From: Flavobacteriales bacterium
GTDB taxonomy: Bacteria; Bacteroidota; Bacteroidia; Flavobacteriales_F; PHOS-HE28
NCBI GenBank assembly: GCA_016703005.1
Contig: JADJCX010000006.1
Location: 145,563 to 209,562 of the forward strand
Length of the DNA stretch: 64,000 bases
Reading direction: 5' to 3'
Both the position numbers and the translations under genes were made by a program. How positions within the stretch are numbered: the first letter of the stretch is position 1; each line of letters opens with the position of its first letter. Below, piece after piece: positions 7,823-17,083 of the stretch. The notes beneath the pieces were generated by a model, which made no database searches, was not told the DNA's origin, and saw only the letters and a list, made by a program, of their open reading frames with translations.

Positions 7823-10800
7823 ACATCAGCTCTGTCAGCATCAACCGCCCGGTGCTCGCATCGGTGATCTCGATCCTGATCGTGCTCTTCGGCGCCATCG
7901 GCTTCGGCTTCCTCGGTGTGCGTGAATACCCGAGCGTTGATCCGCCGATCATCACGGTGACGACGAACTATGTGGGCGCGAACGCGGACATCATCGAGAG
8001 CCAGGTCACCGAGGTGCTGGAGGAGAGCATCAACGGCATCGCAGGCATCCGCACGCTCACCAGCGTGAGCAGCGATGGCCGAAGCACCATCACCGTAGAG
8101 TTCGAGTTGGACGTGGACCTCGAAGCCGCCGCCAACGACGTGCGCGACCGCGTGAGCCGAAGTTTGAAGAACCTGCCGCTGGATGTCGATCCGCCGATCG
8201 TGGCGAAGAGCGATGCGGACAGCAACCCGATAGTATCGATGACGATCCAGAGCGATCAGCGCAACCTGCTTGAGCTGAGCCAGATCGCCAACGACGTGTT
8301 CAAGGAGCGCTTGCAGACGATCCCGGGCGTGAGCGCCATCAACGTGTGGGGTGAGAAGAAGTACAGCATGAAGCTTCTGCTGGAGCCTGTGAAGATGGCC
8401 GGCTTCAACGTCACGCCAGTGGATGTGCGCAACGCGCTCAACCGCGAGAACGTGGAGCTGCCCAGCGGCCGCATCGAAGGCTTCAACACCGAGCTCAGCA
8501 TCCGCACGCTCGGCCGCCTCACCACCGCTGAGGAGTTCAATGATCTCATCATCCGCGACGATGGCGGACGGGTGGTGCGCTTGAGGGATATCGGCAACTC
8601 CGAACTGCGGCCGGAGAACGAGCGCTCGCTCCTGCGCGGCAATGGCGGTGTGGCGCAAGTCGCGGTGGCCATCACGCCCCTGCCCGGCAGCAATTACGTG
8701 GCCATCGTGGACGAGTTCTACAAGCGCGTGGAGCAGATCAAGAAGGACCTTCCGGAAGACCTACGCTATAATGTTGCGCTCGACACCACGATCGGCATCC
8801 GCAAGGCGATCCTGGAAGTGGAAGAGACCATCCTCATCGCCTTCGGGCTGGTGGTGCTCATCATCTTCATCTTCCTGCGCAACTGGCGGACCACCTTGAT
8901 CCCGGTGATGGCGATACCGATCTCGCTCATCGGCTCATTCTTCATCATGTACGTAGCCGGCTTCAGCATCAACATCCTCACCCTGCTGGCCATCGTGCTG
9001 TCCACGGGTATTGTGGTGGACGATGCGATCGTGGTGTTGGAGAACATCTATAGCAAGATCGAAGGCGGCATGGACCCGATGAAGGCAGGTCACGAAGGAT
9101 CGAAGGAGATCACCTTCGCCATCATCAGCACCACCGTCACGTTGGCGGCGGTCTTCCTGCCCATCATCTTCCTCAGCGGTTTGACCGGTCGCCTCTTCCG
9201 CGAGTTCGGTGTGGTGGTGGCCGGATCGGTGATCATCAGCGCGGTGGTCTCGCTCACGCTCACACCCATGATGAGCGCGCGCTGGCTCAAGCACAAGGAC
9301 AAGCACAGCCGCTTCTTCGAGGTCACCGAACGCTGGTTCAACCGTCTCTCCGGCGGATACGAACGCTCGCTCGCCGCCTTCATGCGTCGCCGCTGGCTGG
9401 TCTTCCCGATCATCCTCGTCAGCATCGGCCTCACCGTGCTCGCCTTCTTCAACCTGCAAAGCGAACTCGCCCCCGCCGAGGACAAGAGCCGCTTCATGGT
9501 GCAGAGCACTGCGCCCGAAGGCACGAGCTTCGAATTGATGAACGCCTACCTCGCGGACATCATCAACGTGGTGGACACCATGCCCGAGCGACAGGCGCTC
9601 ATCAGCGTGACAGCGCCCGGCTTCGGCACGGCAAGCGCCACCAACAACGGCTTCGTCCGCGTTACGCTCGTGCAGCCCGAAGAGCGCACCAAGACCCAGG
9701 ATGAACTGGCCAAGGACGTGATGGCGAAAGTGCAGCGCTTCAATCTGGCGAAGAGCATCGTGATCCAGGAGCCCACCATCGGTGGCAGCCGCTTCGTTTC
9801 GTTGCCGGTGCAGTATGTGATCCAGGCACCGGACTTCGAGCGCCTGCGCGAGATCATCCCGAAGTTCATGGAGAAGGCCGCGGCCGACAAGACCTTCCGC
9901 GTTACCGACCTCAACCTGAAGTTCAACAAGCCGGAACTCAACGTGGAGATCGATCGTGATCGTGCGCGCACCATGGGCGTGAGCATGCAGGACATCGCGG
10001 AGACCTTGCAGCTCTACTTCAGCGGTCAGCGCTACGGCTACTTCATCATGCAGGGCAAGCAGTACCAGGTGATCGGTCAGGCCACGCGGGACAATCGCGA
10101 TGCGCCCATCGACCTGAAGAGCGCCTACGTGCGCAGCGACAAAGGCGAGCTGATCCAGTTGGACAACCTCGTGCGCATGAGCGACCGCAGCACACCGCCG
10201 CAGCTCTTCCGCTACAACCGCTACGTGAGCGCCACCGTGATGGCGGACCCTGCCGAGGGTTACACCATTGGCGACGGCATCAAAGCCATGGACCGCATCG
10301 CGGAGGAAGTCCTTGACGACAGCTTCAGTACCTCGCTCGCAGGCGTGAGCAAGGAATTCGCCGAAAGCGGAAGCAGCATCTGGTTCGCGCTCGGGCTCGC
10401 ACTGGTTCTCATCTTCCTCATTCTCGCAGCGCAGTTCGAGAGTTGGCTGGACCCGCTCGTCGTGATCTGCACCGTGCCGCTCGCATTGGCCGGCGCGTTG
10501 CTGAGCCTCTGGATCGGCGGTCACACGATCAACATCTTCTCGCAGATCGGCGGCATCGTGCTCATCGGCCTCGTCACCAAGAACGGCATCCTCATCGTGG
10601 AGTTCGCAAACCAGCGCAAAGAGGCCGGATTGAAGAAGTTGGAAGCCGTGGTGGACGCCGCAGGACAACGCTTCCGTCCGATCCTCATGACCAGTCTCGC
10701 AACCGTGCTCGGTGTGCTGCCCATCGCGCTCGGCCTCGGTGCCGCTGCCAAGAGCCGCGTGCCCATGGGCATCGCCATCATCGGTGGATTGCTGTTCGCG

Positions 10801-10914
10801 TTGTTATTGACCCTCTACGTGGTGCCCGCCCTTTACAGCTACATGAGCCGTGAGCGTAGTGTCGACCCACCGGGTCGACCCGCGCTACCCGGCGAAACAC
10901 CTGCCCACGCATGA
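7819..10914 (+). CDS. efflux RND transporter permease (AcrB/HAE1 family)
   Basis: 1031 aa. The N-terminus ISSVSINRPVLASVISILIVLFG, 12-TM architecture and VDDAIVVLENI are all typical of AcrB-type pumps. Confidence 0.95.
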   Translation: MNISSVSINRPVLASVISILIVLFGAIGFGFLGVREYPSVDPPIITVTTNYVGANADIIESQVTEVLEESINGIAGIRTLTSVSSDGRSTITVEFELDVDLEAAANDVRDRVSRSLKNLPLDVDPPIVAKSDADSNPIVSMTIQSDQRNLLELSQIANDVFKERLQTIPGVSAINVWGEKKYSMKLLLEPVKMAGFNVTPVDVRNALNRENVELPSGRIEGFNTELSIRTLGRLTTAEEFNDLIIRDDGGRVVRLRDIGNSELRPENERSLLRGNGGVAQVAVAITPLPGSNYVAIVDEFYKRVEQIKKDLPEDLRYNVALDTTIGIRKAILEVEETILIAFGLVVLIIFIFLRNWRTTLIPVMAIPISLIGSFFIMYVAGFSINILTLLAIVLSTGIVVDDAIVVLENIYSKIEGGMDPMKAGHEGSKEITFAIISTTVTLAAVFLPIIFLSGLTGRLFREFGVVVAGSVIISAVVSLTLTPMMSARWLKHKDKHSRFFEVTERWFNRLSGGYERSLAAFMRRRWLVFPIILVSIGLTVLAFFNLQSELAPAEDKSRFMVQSTAPEGTSFELMNAYLADIINVVDTMPERQALISVTAPGFGTASATNNGFVRVTLVQPEERTKTQDELAKDVMAKVQRFNLAKSIVIQEPTIGGSRFVSLPVQYVIQAPDFERLREIIPKFMEKAAADKTFRVTDLNLKFNKPELNVEIDRDRARTMGVSMQDIAETLQLYFSGQRYGYFIMQGKQYQVIGQATRDNRDAPIDLKSAYVRSDKGELIQLDNLVRMSDRSTPPQLFRYNRYVSATVMADPAEGYTIGDGIKAMDRIAEEVLDDSFSTSLAGVSKEFAESGSSIWFALGLALVLIFLILAAQFESWLDPLVVICTVPLALAGALLSLWIGGHTINIFSQIGGIVLIGLVTKNGILIVEFANQRKEAGLKKLEAVVDAAGQRFRPILMTSLATVLGVLPIALGLGAAAKSRVPMGIAIIGGLLFALLLTLYVVPALYSYMSRERSVDPPGRPALPGETPAHA

Positions 10915-12203
10915 GGACGACCGTCACCTTCCTGCTCGCTTGGGCAAGTCTCGGCGTTACCGCCCAGGTCATCACCGCCGATGAAGCCGTGCGCATCGCC
11001 GTGGAGCAGAACTACGGCATCAAGCTCGCCCGCCTCGATGCGCGCAGGGCCGAGCTGCTGAATACCGCCGGTAACGCCGGCATGCTGCCCAACGTCGATG
11101 CCGTGGGCCAGTACGCCGTGGACAACAGCAGCACCAAGCAGACCTTCTTCAGCGGCGAAGTGCGCGAACGCGACAATGCGGACCAGCGCGTGCTCGATGC
11201 CGCCGTGCAACTGAACTGGACTGTGTTCGATGGCCTTGCGATGTTCGCTGCTAAGGATAGGCTCGAAGCCTTGGAGCTTATCGGCCAAACGCAGTTACGC
11301 CAGCAGATCGAAGCCACTACCTACGATGTGCTCAGCACCTACTATCGCCTTGTACAGTTGCGCAAGGCCATCGATGTGCAACGCGAAGGAGTGCGCATCA
11401 GCCGTGCGCGCGTAAGCATCGCAGAAGCAGGCAAACGCATCGGCACCGCCAGCGGGCTCGCTGTGGTGCAGGCTCAGCTCGATCTCAGTACCGATAGCGC
11501 TGCTGTTCTCGATCTGGTCGTGCAGGATGCCGTATCAAGCGCGCGCTTGAACACTCTCCTCGGCCGCGACCCGTCCACGCCGGTTGCTGTTGCACCGGAA
11601 GTACCGGCCGCCGCGCCGATGGATCTTGTGCAGTTGCAACAGGCTGCGCGGCAGACCAACAGCACCGTGCAACAAGCGCGACAGCAGCAGATCGCAGCGG
11701 ACCTCAGTGTGAAGGAGCTGCGCGGCGCCCTCCTTCCCCGCATCGACATCTTCGGCAACTACGGCTACACCCGCTCCACTTCGGCGGTTGGCATCCTGCA
11801 GAGCAACCAGAGCCTGGGGCCCGACTACGGCGCGCGCATCAGCATTCCGCTCTTTCGCGGTCTGCAAGCGAACCGGGCATTGGAGGTAGCCAAGCTCTCG
11901 CGCGAGCAGGCGGCCATCGCCACACAACAGGTGGAGCGCAACCTCGAGGAGAGCATCCTCAACGCGTGGACGAGCTTCACCACTGCTCAGCAACGCGTGG
12001 CGTTGGAAGACGGCAACCTCGCCGGAGCGCGTACGCAAGTGGATGTCGCATTGGAAAGTTATCGCCTCGGCGCTATTACGAGCGTTGGGCTGCGCGACGT
12101 ACAGCTCGGGCTCATCGCTGCCGAGCAACGCATGCTCATCGCCCGGTACGAAGCCAAGATTGGCGAGCTGCAGTTGAAGTGGTTGGCCAGCACGTTACTC
12201 TGA
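10911..12203 (+). CDS. TolC family outer membrane efflux protein
   Basis: 430 aa with a signal peptide, coupled to the pump gene by an ATGA overlap. Shows the duplicated alpha/beta OEP repeat pattern. Confidence 0.88.
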   Translation: MRTTVTFLLAWASLGVTAQVITADEAVRIAVEQNYGIKLARLDARRAELLNTAGNAGMLPNVDAVGQYAVDNSSTKQTFFSGEVRERDNADQRVLDAAVQLNWTVFDGLAMFAAKDRLEALELIGQTQLRQQIEATTYDVLSTYYRLVQLRKAIDVQREGVRISRARVSIAEAGKRIGTASGLAVVQAQLDLSTDSAAVLDLVVQDAVSSARLNTLLGRDPSTPVAVAPEVPAAAPMDLVQLQQAARQTNSTVQQARQQQIAADLSVKELRGALLPRIDIFGNYGYTRSTSAVGILQSNQSLGPDYGARISIPLFRGLQANRALEVAKLSREQAAIATQQVERNLEESILNAWTSFTTAQQRVALEDGNLAGARTQVDVALESYRLGAITSVGLRDVQLGLIAAEQRMLIARYEAKIGELQLKWLASTLL

Positions 12204-12252
12204 GCCGGGCAACAACCCACCACAAGCTGCGTTGCCCAGCTACCTTCACAAC

Positions 12253-12690
12253 ATGCGCTCCGCAGATCTTATCGCACTCACCGCATTCCTCCTCCTCGTT
12301 TCCTGCGGTAAACGCGAAGACCTCGATCCATGCGAGGGTCATCCTGTGCCGTGGGTTGCTCTCTCTTCCTGGCCCACCCCGCTCGATCCGAACGCGGTCG
12401 ACACCGTACCGCGCGACAACATCCGCATCGACTTCTACTGTAGCGCCGGAGCCTCCAGCACATTCGTCGGTCACCTCACCGGCGTTCATGTGCGCCTTGC
12501 AGTAACCGCCACGGACAGCACGCTCTTCTCTGAACAACTACAGCCTGACGCCTCCAGCTTCACGTACGGCCGCACCATCGTGCTGAATAGCATCTCCGAC
12601 ACCCTGGCGGCCACGCTGCATATCGCGGCCATCAACACATGCAGCAACGGTGTTCAGTTGGAACGTAGCATGCTGGTGTTGCCGAATTGA
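12253..12690 (+). CDS. hypothetical lipoprotein
   Basis: ATG at 12253. The lipobox LTAFLLLVSCGK is present. No recognisable domain. Confidence 0.55.
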   Translation: MRSADLIALTAFLLLVSCGKREDLDPCEGHPVPWVALSSWPTPLDPNAVDTVPRDNIRIDFYCSAGASSTFVGHLTGVHVRLAVTATDSTLFSEQLQPDASSFTYGRTIVLNSISDTLAATLHIAAINTCSNGVQLERSMLVLPN

Positions 12691-12810
12691 AACAGCTATA
12701 GACCTTCACGAACCGCAACGTACGTTCGGTGCCCTCAACGCTCCGGAAAGTGATCATGTAGGATCCGGGGGGCAAGACGCAAGCTGCCCTTTTGGGTGGC
12801 TCGCCCCATC

Positions 12811-12850
12811 CTTTAAAGAAAAAGGGTGCCCCCCTTGCGGGCGGCACCCT
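12811..12850 (-). terminator. intrinsic terminator of the hsp20 gene
   Basis: On the minus strand, AGGGTGCC(12850-12843)...GGCACCCT(12830-12823) forms a stem followed by TTTTTCTTT, 17 nt after the hsp20 stop. Confidence 0.75.
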
Positions 12851-12866
12851 CCTTTCACCAATGGCT

Positions 12867-13310
12867 TCAGCGAACGCTGATACTACGGGTCTTCGGTTTG
12901 CTCTCTTCGGCCTTCGGGATGGTCAAGCGTAGCACGCCGTTCACATAGTCGGCCGTGATGGCGTCGGCCTTCACCGTCTTGGGGAGCACGAAGCTCCGCT
13001 CGAAACTGCTGCGGCTGAATTCACGGCGCGTCCATCGCTCCCCCTCCTTCCTTTCATCTTCACTGTGCTCTCCGCGGATCGTCAGCGTGTCGTCCAGCAT
13101 CTCCACCTTCAGGTCTTTCTTGTCGAAGCCGGGTGCTTGCACATCCACGCGGAAGTGTTCCGCCGTCTCCACGATGTTCACACGAGGTGCGAAATCCGAA
13201 TTGCCATCGCGACCGAAGAAACGAGCAATATCAGAGCCGAAGATCTCGCTGGCCAAGCGGTCCACCGGCGACGCTGCGCTCGCGGGTGTACGGTATTTTA
13301 CGAGTGTCAT
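12867..13310 (-). CDS. Hsp20/alpha-crystallin family small heat-shock protein
   Basis: Start trimmed to ATG 13310 (MTLVKYRTP). The alpha-crystallin domain is present: PRVNIVETAEHFRVDVQAPGFDKKDLKVEMLDDTLTIRGE...SFERSFVLP...NGVLRLTIPK. Confidence 0.92.
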   Translation of the reverse strand: MTLVKYRTPASAASPVDRLASEIFGSDIARFFGRDGNSDFAPRVNIVETAEHFRVDVQAPGFDKKDLKVEMLDDTLTIRGEHSEDERKEGERWTRREFSRSSFERSFVLPKTVKADAITADYVNGVLRLTIPKAEESKPKTRSISVR

Positions 13311-13807
13311 TGGTGTTTGTGGTTTAAGGGTTCGCCGCCCCTTTCCAAGCCCGATGCCACTCCCCTTTTCCTGCCATGTTGTGCAGTACCACCTGCAATT
13401 TTTTCCTGCGCCGCGTGCTGCGGCTGTCGTATGTGCAGGAACGGGCCAACGGACCGGAGTGCGACCATCGCCGAGCATCAGCCTTCCGCCCGGGAGGATG
13501 TTATGGTCCTGAACAAACTGAGCGACATAGCCTTCGTTCGCGACACTATTTGCAGGCATGTGTCCTCTACACTTTTGATACCGAACCACCTATGGTCTTC
13601 ATTTCCTGACGATCTCGATATGGAGACCCCGCGCAGGAACTTCAAAGCCCTTCTGGGCAAAGCGCTGACCATTCCAGCTGATACTGCGGGACTTGACGCC
13701 CCGTTCATGGAAGGCTATCCAACCCGTCCTAGATGGATTGGACAGGAACCGATGGCTGCTCCTGTTCGCTTATCCAATTGCATGCAGGCATTCCGACATT
13801 GGTCCCC

Positions 13808-14311
13808 ATGAGCCGAGGATTCGTACGGGAGGATGACCAAGAGGAAGCGCCTTTTGTTGCGCCGCGTGCTGCCCTGCCTGCTGGTGCGACCAACTACGTT
13901 ACGCCGCGTGGCATGCAATTGCTACGCAGTGAGCGCGACCAATTGGAGCGGCAACGCACGCAACTGCAAGGCAGCGACGACGAGCTTCGACGCGAGCGGA
14001 CCGTGATCAACGGCAAGCTCGATCTGCTGAACGAACGGATCGCCAGCGCCCGCTTGGTGGAACCCGATGGCGCGCCACCTACTGAAGTGCGGTTCGGCAC
14101 CACGGTCACCTTCGCCTTCCGCAACGGGCCGCAGACCGGCAAACAACGCAGCTTCACCATCGTGGGCGTGGACGAGGCCGATGTGAACGAGAACCGCATC
14201 GCCTTCACCGCCCCGATCGCCCGGGCCCTGCTTGGAAAACGCATCGGGCAAGTCGCGGAATTCCCCTTGGGTGCTACGGTGCAGGAACTGGCCATTGAGG
14301 GCATTGGCTGA
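13808..14311 (+). CDS. GreA/GreB family transcription elongation factor-like protein
   Basis: ATG at 13808 (MSRGFVREDDQEE). A coiled-coil segment is followed by a C-terminal Gre-type domain (VRFGTTVTF...FTIVGVDEADVNENRIAFTAPIARALLGKRIG). Confidence 0.8.
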   Translation: MSRGFVREDDQEEAPFVAPRAALPAGATNYVTPRGMQLLRSERDQLERQRTQLQGSDDELRRERTVINGKLDLLNERIASARLVEPDGAPPTEVRFGTTVTFAFRNGPQTGKQRSFTIVGVDEADVNENRIAFTAPIARALLGKRIGQVAEFPLGATVQELAIEGIG

Positions 14312-14405
14312 TGGGCTAAGCGCCGAAGGCCGAATTCATAAAGTTCCTAGGTGCGCAGATGGTGCGGGCCTGATCGCGAGGCGCCTCCTCGTCATCGTGA
14401 AATGA

Positions 14406-14433
14406 ACAGCGGGGCACAGTTGCAGCCCGCTGT
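14406..14433. terminator. hairpin between convergent genes (candidate terminator)
   Basis: ACAGCGGG...CCCGCTGT forms an 8-bp stem. It lies between the Gre-like gene (+) and the lipoprotein gene (-). There is no clear U-tract. Confidence 0.35.
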
Positions 14434-14526
14434 CAACACGAACGGGATCTCCCCCCCAAGTGAGCTCCTGCCCCTGAACACCCAATGCCAGTCCCTATCG
14501 GCGTCGGCATCCGTCTTCCGACTGAT

Positions 14527-14958
14527 CTACTCGAACTCTTGTTGCATCCAGCTCTTCGTGGTATCGGCCGTTTCGCGAGCGCGCTCTTTCGCACCCTGCC
14601 AATCCGTTGCGCTGCTGGTCTGCATGTGGATCAACGAGGCATCGATGCGTGCGATGTTGCTGCCGATCTCAGCGATGCGTGTTTCGCATTCGGCTTTCTT
14701 GTCGGCGTCCTTGATGCCATCGGCCAAGCGCTGTTGCTCACGCGCCTGTTTCTCCACCAGTTTATCGCGCAGGTCGTTCAACTCTTTGGCGGCTTCATCC
14801 CGTTCTTTCATCCATTCCCCTGCGTCGTCCGCTTTGGCCATTTCCTGTTGGTTCTCCTCCATCTGCTCGCTGGTCTCTTCGGTGGACTTTCCGGCTTGGC
14901 TGCAAGCGGCGAGCAAGGCGAGCGTGCAGGTAGCGGCGAATAGGGTGTGGGGTTTCAT
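14527..14958 (-). CDS. coiled-coil lipoprotein, hypothetical
   Basis: ATG at 14958 with lipobox MKPHTLFAATCTLALLAACSQ. The remainder is charged and helical (E/K/Q-rich). Confidence 0.7.
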   Translation of the reverse strand: MKPHTLFAATCTLALLAACSQAGKSTEETSEQMEENQQEMAKADDAGEWMKERDEAAKELNDLRDKLVEKQAREQQRLADGIKDADKKAECETRIAEIGSNIARIDASLIHMQTSSATDWQGAKERARETADTTKSWMQQEFE

Positions 14959-15144
14959 CGGGTGTGTTTTCCCGTTCCGCGTCAAGGTGCGGGCCAGCAT
15001 CCGTTGAAGTTCGCCAACGTGCGTGGGCTGATCCCAGTGCGGTGGATGTTCCCCATGAACGGGGAAAAGTTTGCGCGCCGAACGCGGCGTTGTCGTTGGA
15101 TGTGAATGGCACACGATGTGACGCCGCATTCCGAAAGAGCAGCC

Positions 15145-15399
15145 ATGAGCAACACGAACAACGCAGCGGCCCTGTTCGCCATTGAGCCACCGGACCCGAT
15201 GCCCGATCCATCACCCGGCCCAACACGGCCAGATCCACCACACCAGCCCGATCCCACCGGTCCGCCCAAACCGGGACCGGGACCTGTACCGGGCACGCCC
15301 AGCATCACGCCCCGCGAGGTGCCGAACTTTCCCGGCCAACCGCCGCAACCCGCCAAGGAGCATCCGGCGGATCCACGGCCGCAGGAGCCGGTGGGGTAA
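15145..15399 (+). CDS. proline-rich low-complexity small protein, hypothetical
   Basis: ATG at 15145. The 84-aa product is dominated by Pro (PDPMPDPSPGPTRPDPPHQPDPTGPPKPGPGP). Third positions are G/C-rich in this frame. No homology is recognisable. Confidence 0.4.
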   Translation: MSNTNNAAALFAIEPPDPMPDPSPGPTRPDPPHQPDPTGPPKPGPGPVPGTPSITPREVPNFPGQPPQPAKEHPADPRPQEPVG

Positions 15400-15536
15400 G
15401 TCAGCTCACCTACCGCATCGTGGAAACCATTCCCCATCCGCAGTAAAGTTCCGCATCGCATCCGTGTGGCATCATTCTTCCGCGTTCCGGCCGCAGGCCG
15501 ATTAGCGTTGCACCAACGCGCGCTGGCCCCATCACC

Positions 15537-15839
15537 ATGGATACGAACAATGAAAAGCGCGGCACGATCGCCGACGACAACGCGCCTCCAGCACTGCGGA
15601 AAAAGCGACCACGTATTGCCGTGCGAACGGCCGAGCTCGCTGCCAAGGCACTGGTGACCGACGCCGCAGAGGGCACGCCGAACAACCCGCAGGACCGCAG
15701 CCTGCTGAGGGATCATCGCGACCGCACAACCGGCGCCGACCAAGCCGCGCGAGAAGACATGAGTGCCGAAGACCCGAAGACTTTGGTGGATACATCGGGT
15801 ACCGCACCCGGGTCGGACGGTACATCGCACGGGAAATAG
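15537..15839 (+). CDS. hydrophilic, probably disordered small protein, hypothetical
   Basis: 100-aa ORF with an ATG start and G/C-rich third positions. It is highly charged and has no hydrophobic core. Confidence 0.4.
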   Translation: MDTNNEKRGTIADDNAPPALRKKRPRIAVRTAELAAKALVTDAAEGTPNNPQDRSLLRDHRDRTTGADQAAREDMSAEDPKTLVDTSGTAPGSDGTSHGK

Positions 15840-15894
15840 CGGCAGGCGACGGGTGCATCAAACCTTCTCCCCTCTTCCACATCCTACCCCGCAC

Positions 15895-17070
15895 ATGCAC
15901 CACCCTAGTTTCGCATTCATGCTCCTCCGCTACACCTTCCTTTTCGCACTTGCACTGGCCTGCTCAGCCGTCGCCGCCCAAACCGATTCCATCGCTTTGG
16001 GCGCGCTCACGCGCACCTACACCCTTCGACTTCCGTCGGCATACGATGGCGTTACGCCCCTGCCGCTGGTCATCGCCATGCACGGCGGTTTCGGCAGCGG
16101 TTTGCAGTTGGAGGAGCAATCGTTGCTCAGCGATAAGGCCGAACTGGAGAGCTTCATCGTGGTGTACCCCGATGGTGTGCCCAGCCCACTCAACATCCGC
16201 ACTTGGAATGCCGGTGGCTGCTGCGGTTACGCGATGAACAACAACATCGATGACGTGGGTTTCATCAATGCGCTGCTCGACACCCTCATCGCTGAAAACG
16301 CCATCGACACGTTGCGCGTCTACGCAACGGGCATGAGCAACGGTGGCTTCATGAGCTACCGTTTGGCGTGCGAGCTCAGTGAGCGCCTTGCCGCAATAGC
16401 GCCTGTATCGGCAAGCATGACCATCGACATGTGCACACCCACGCGCTCGATGCCCGTGCTCGGGCTACACTCGTACCTGGATGATAGCGTGCCCTACCTC
16501 GGCGGCATAGGTACCGGCGTTTCCAGCCACTACAACAGCCCGCAGGATTCGGTGCAAACGGCTTTTGCACAACACGCCAACTGCACAGTGCTCAACGATA
16601 CCATCCTCGACAACACCGATATGACACTGATCCGTTGGCACGAGTGCGATTGCCAACAGGAAATGGTGCTGTACATGACCCACGACGGCGGCCATAGCTG
16701 GCCGGGTGGACAGCCGGGCACGGGCATCGGCGATCCGCCAAGCATCGTCATCAACGCCAACGACCAGATGTGGGATTTCTTCCTGCAGTACACACTGGAT
16801 TGTACCACGCTCGGCGTTGCTGAGCGGCCATCAACGACAAGCAACATTGCGCTCTTCCCCAACCCCGCTGCCGGAAGCATCACCGTGCAAGGATCACCGT
16901 TCGTTCATCTCACTGCGCTCGACATGAGCGGGCGTGTGATGGCGACGCTGGACATAGCACCTACGAATTCAGTTGTGTGGGACCTGTCTTTCCTTGTTGG
17001 TGGGACGTACACTGTGCGCTCACTCGGCAACGATGGTAGCATCAATGCCGCGCGCGTGGTGTTGGAGTGA
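15895..17070 (+). CDS. PHB-depolymerase-family esterase (LpqC-like) with a T9SS C-terminal sorting domain
   Basis: Motifs: LPLVIAMHGGFGSG, WNAGGCCGYA and the nucleophile elbow ATGMSNGG. The C-terminal tail ALFPNPAAGSITVQG...GGTYTVRS resembles a T9SS type A CTD. The start is ATG 15895 or 15919. Confidence 0.82.
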   Translation: MHHPSFAFMLLRYTFLFALALACSAVAAQTDSIALGALTRTYTLRLPSAYDGVTPLPLVIAMHGGFGSGLQLEEQSLLSDKAELESFIVVYPDGVPSPLNIRTWNAGGCCGYAMNNNIDDVGFINALLDTLIAENAIDTLRVYATGMSNGGFMSYRLACELSERLAAIAPVSASMTIDMCTPTRSMPVLGLHSYLDDSVPYLGGIGTGVSSHYNSPQDSVQTAFAQHANCTVLNDTILDNTDMTLIRWHECDCQQEMVLYMTHDGGHSWPGGQPGTGIGDPPSIVINANDQMWDFFLQYTLDCTTLGVAERPSTTSNIALFPNPAAGSITVQGSPFVHLTALDMSGRVMATLDIAPTNSVVWDLSFLVGGTYTVRSLGNDGSINAARVVLE

Positions 17071-17083
17071 TCCCTTGGCCATT

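Noticed and set aside
8935-10668. Very long antisense ORFs inside confidently assigned genes. Examples: 8935-10668 (577 aa) and 7429-8658 opposite the RND pump; 4095-5129 opposite FtsX; 18556-19698; 21067-22116; 25480-26469; 51364-52575; 61074-62066.
   Set aside because: They are typical shadow ORFs of high-GC DNA. Their products are Arg/Ala/Gly/His-rich with no motifs, and the opposite strand carries clear family hallmarks and the expected third-position G/C bias.
13311-13807. Long hsp20 upstream region considered as an RNA thermometer (ROSE-like) or an sRNA gene.
   Set aside because: I could not find the characteristic ROSE hairpin occluding a Shine-Dalgarno sequence, and there is no evident SD at all. 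No convincing promoter/terminator pair for an sRNA is present either.
14982-15830. 282-aa minus-strand ORF covering the region of the two small low-complexity genes.
   Set aside because: The Cys/Arg/Gly-rich product has no start context or motif. The plus-strand frames have the better third-position bias. It is treated as an antisense artefact, although the plus-strand ORFs are themselves only moderate-confidence.
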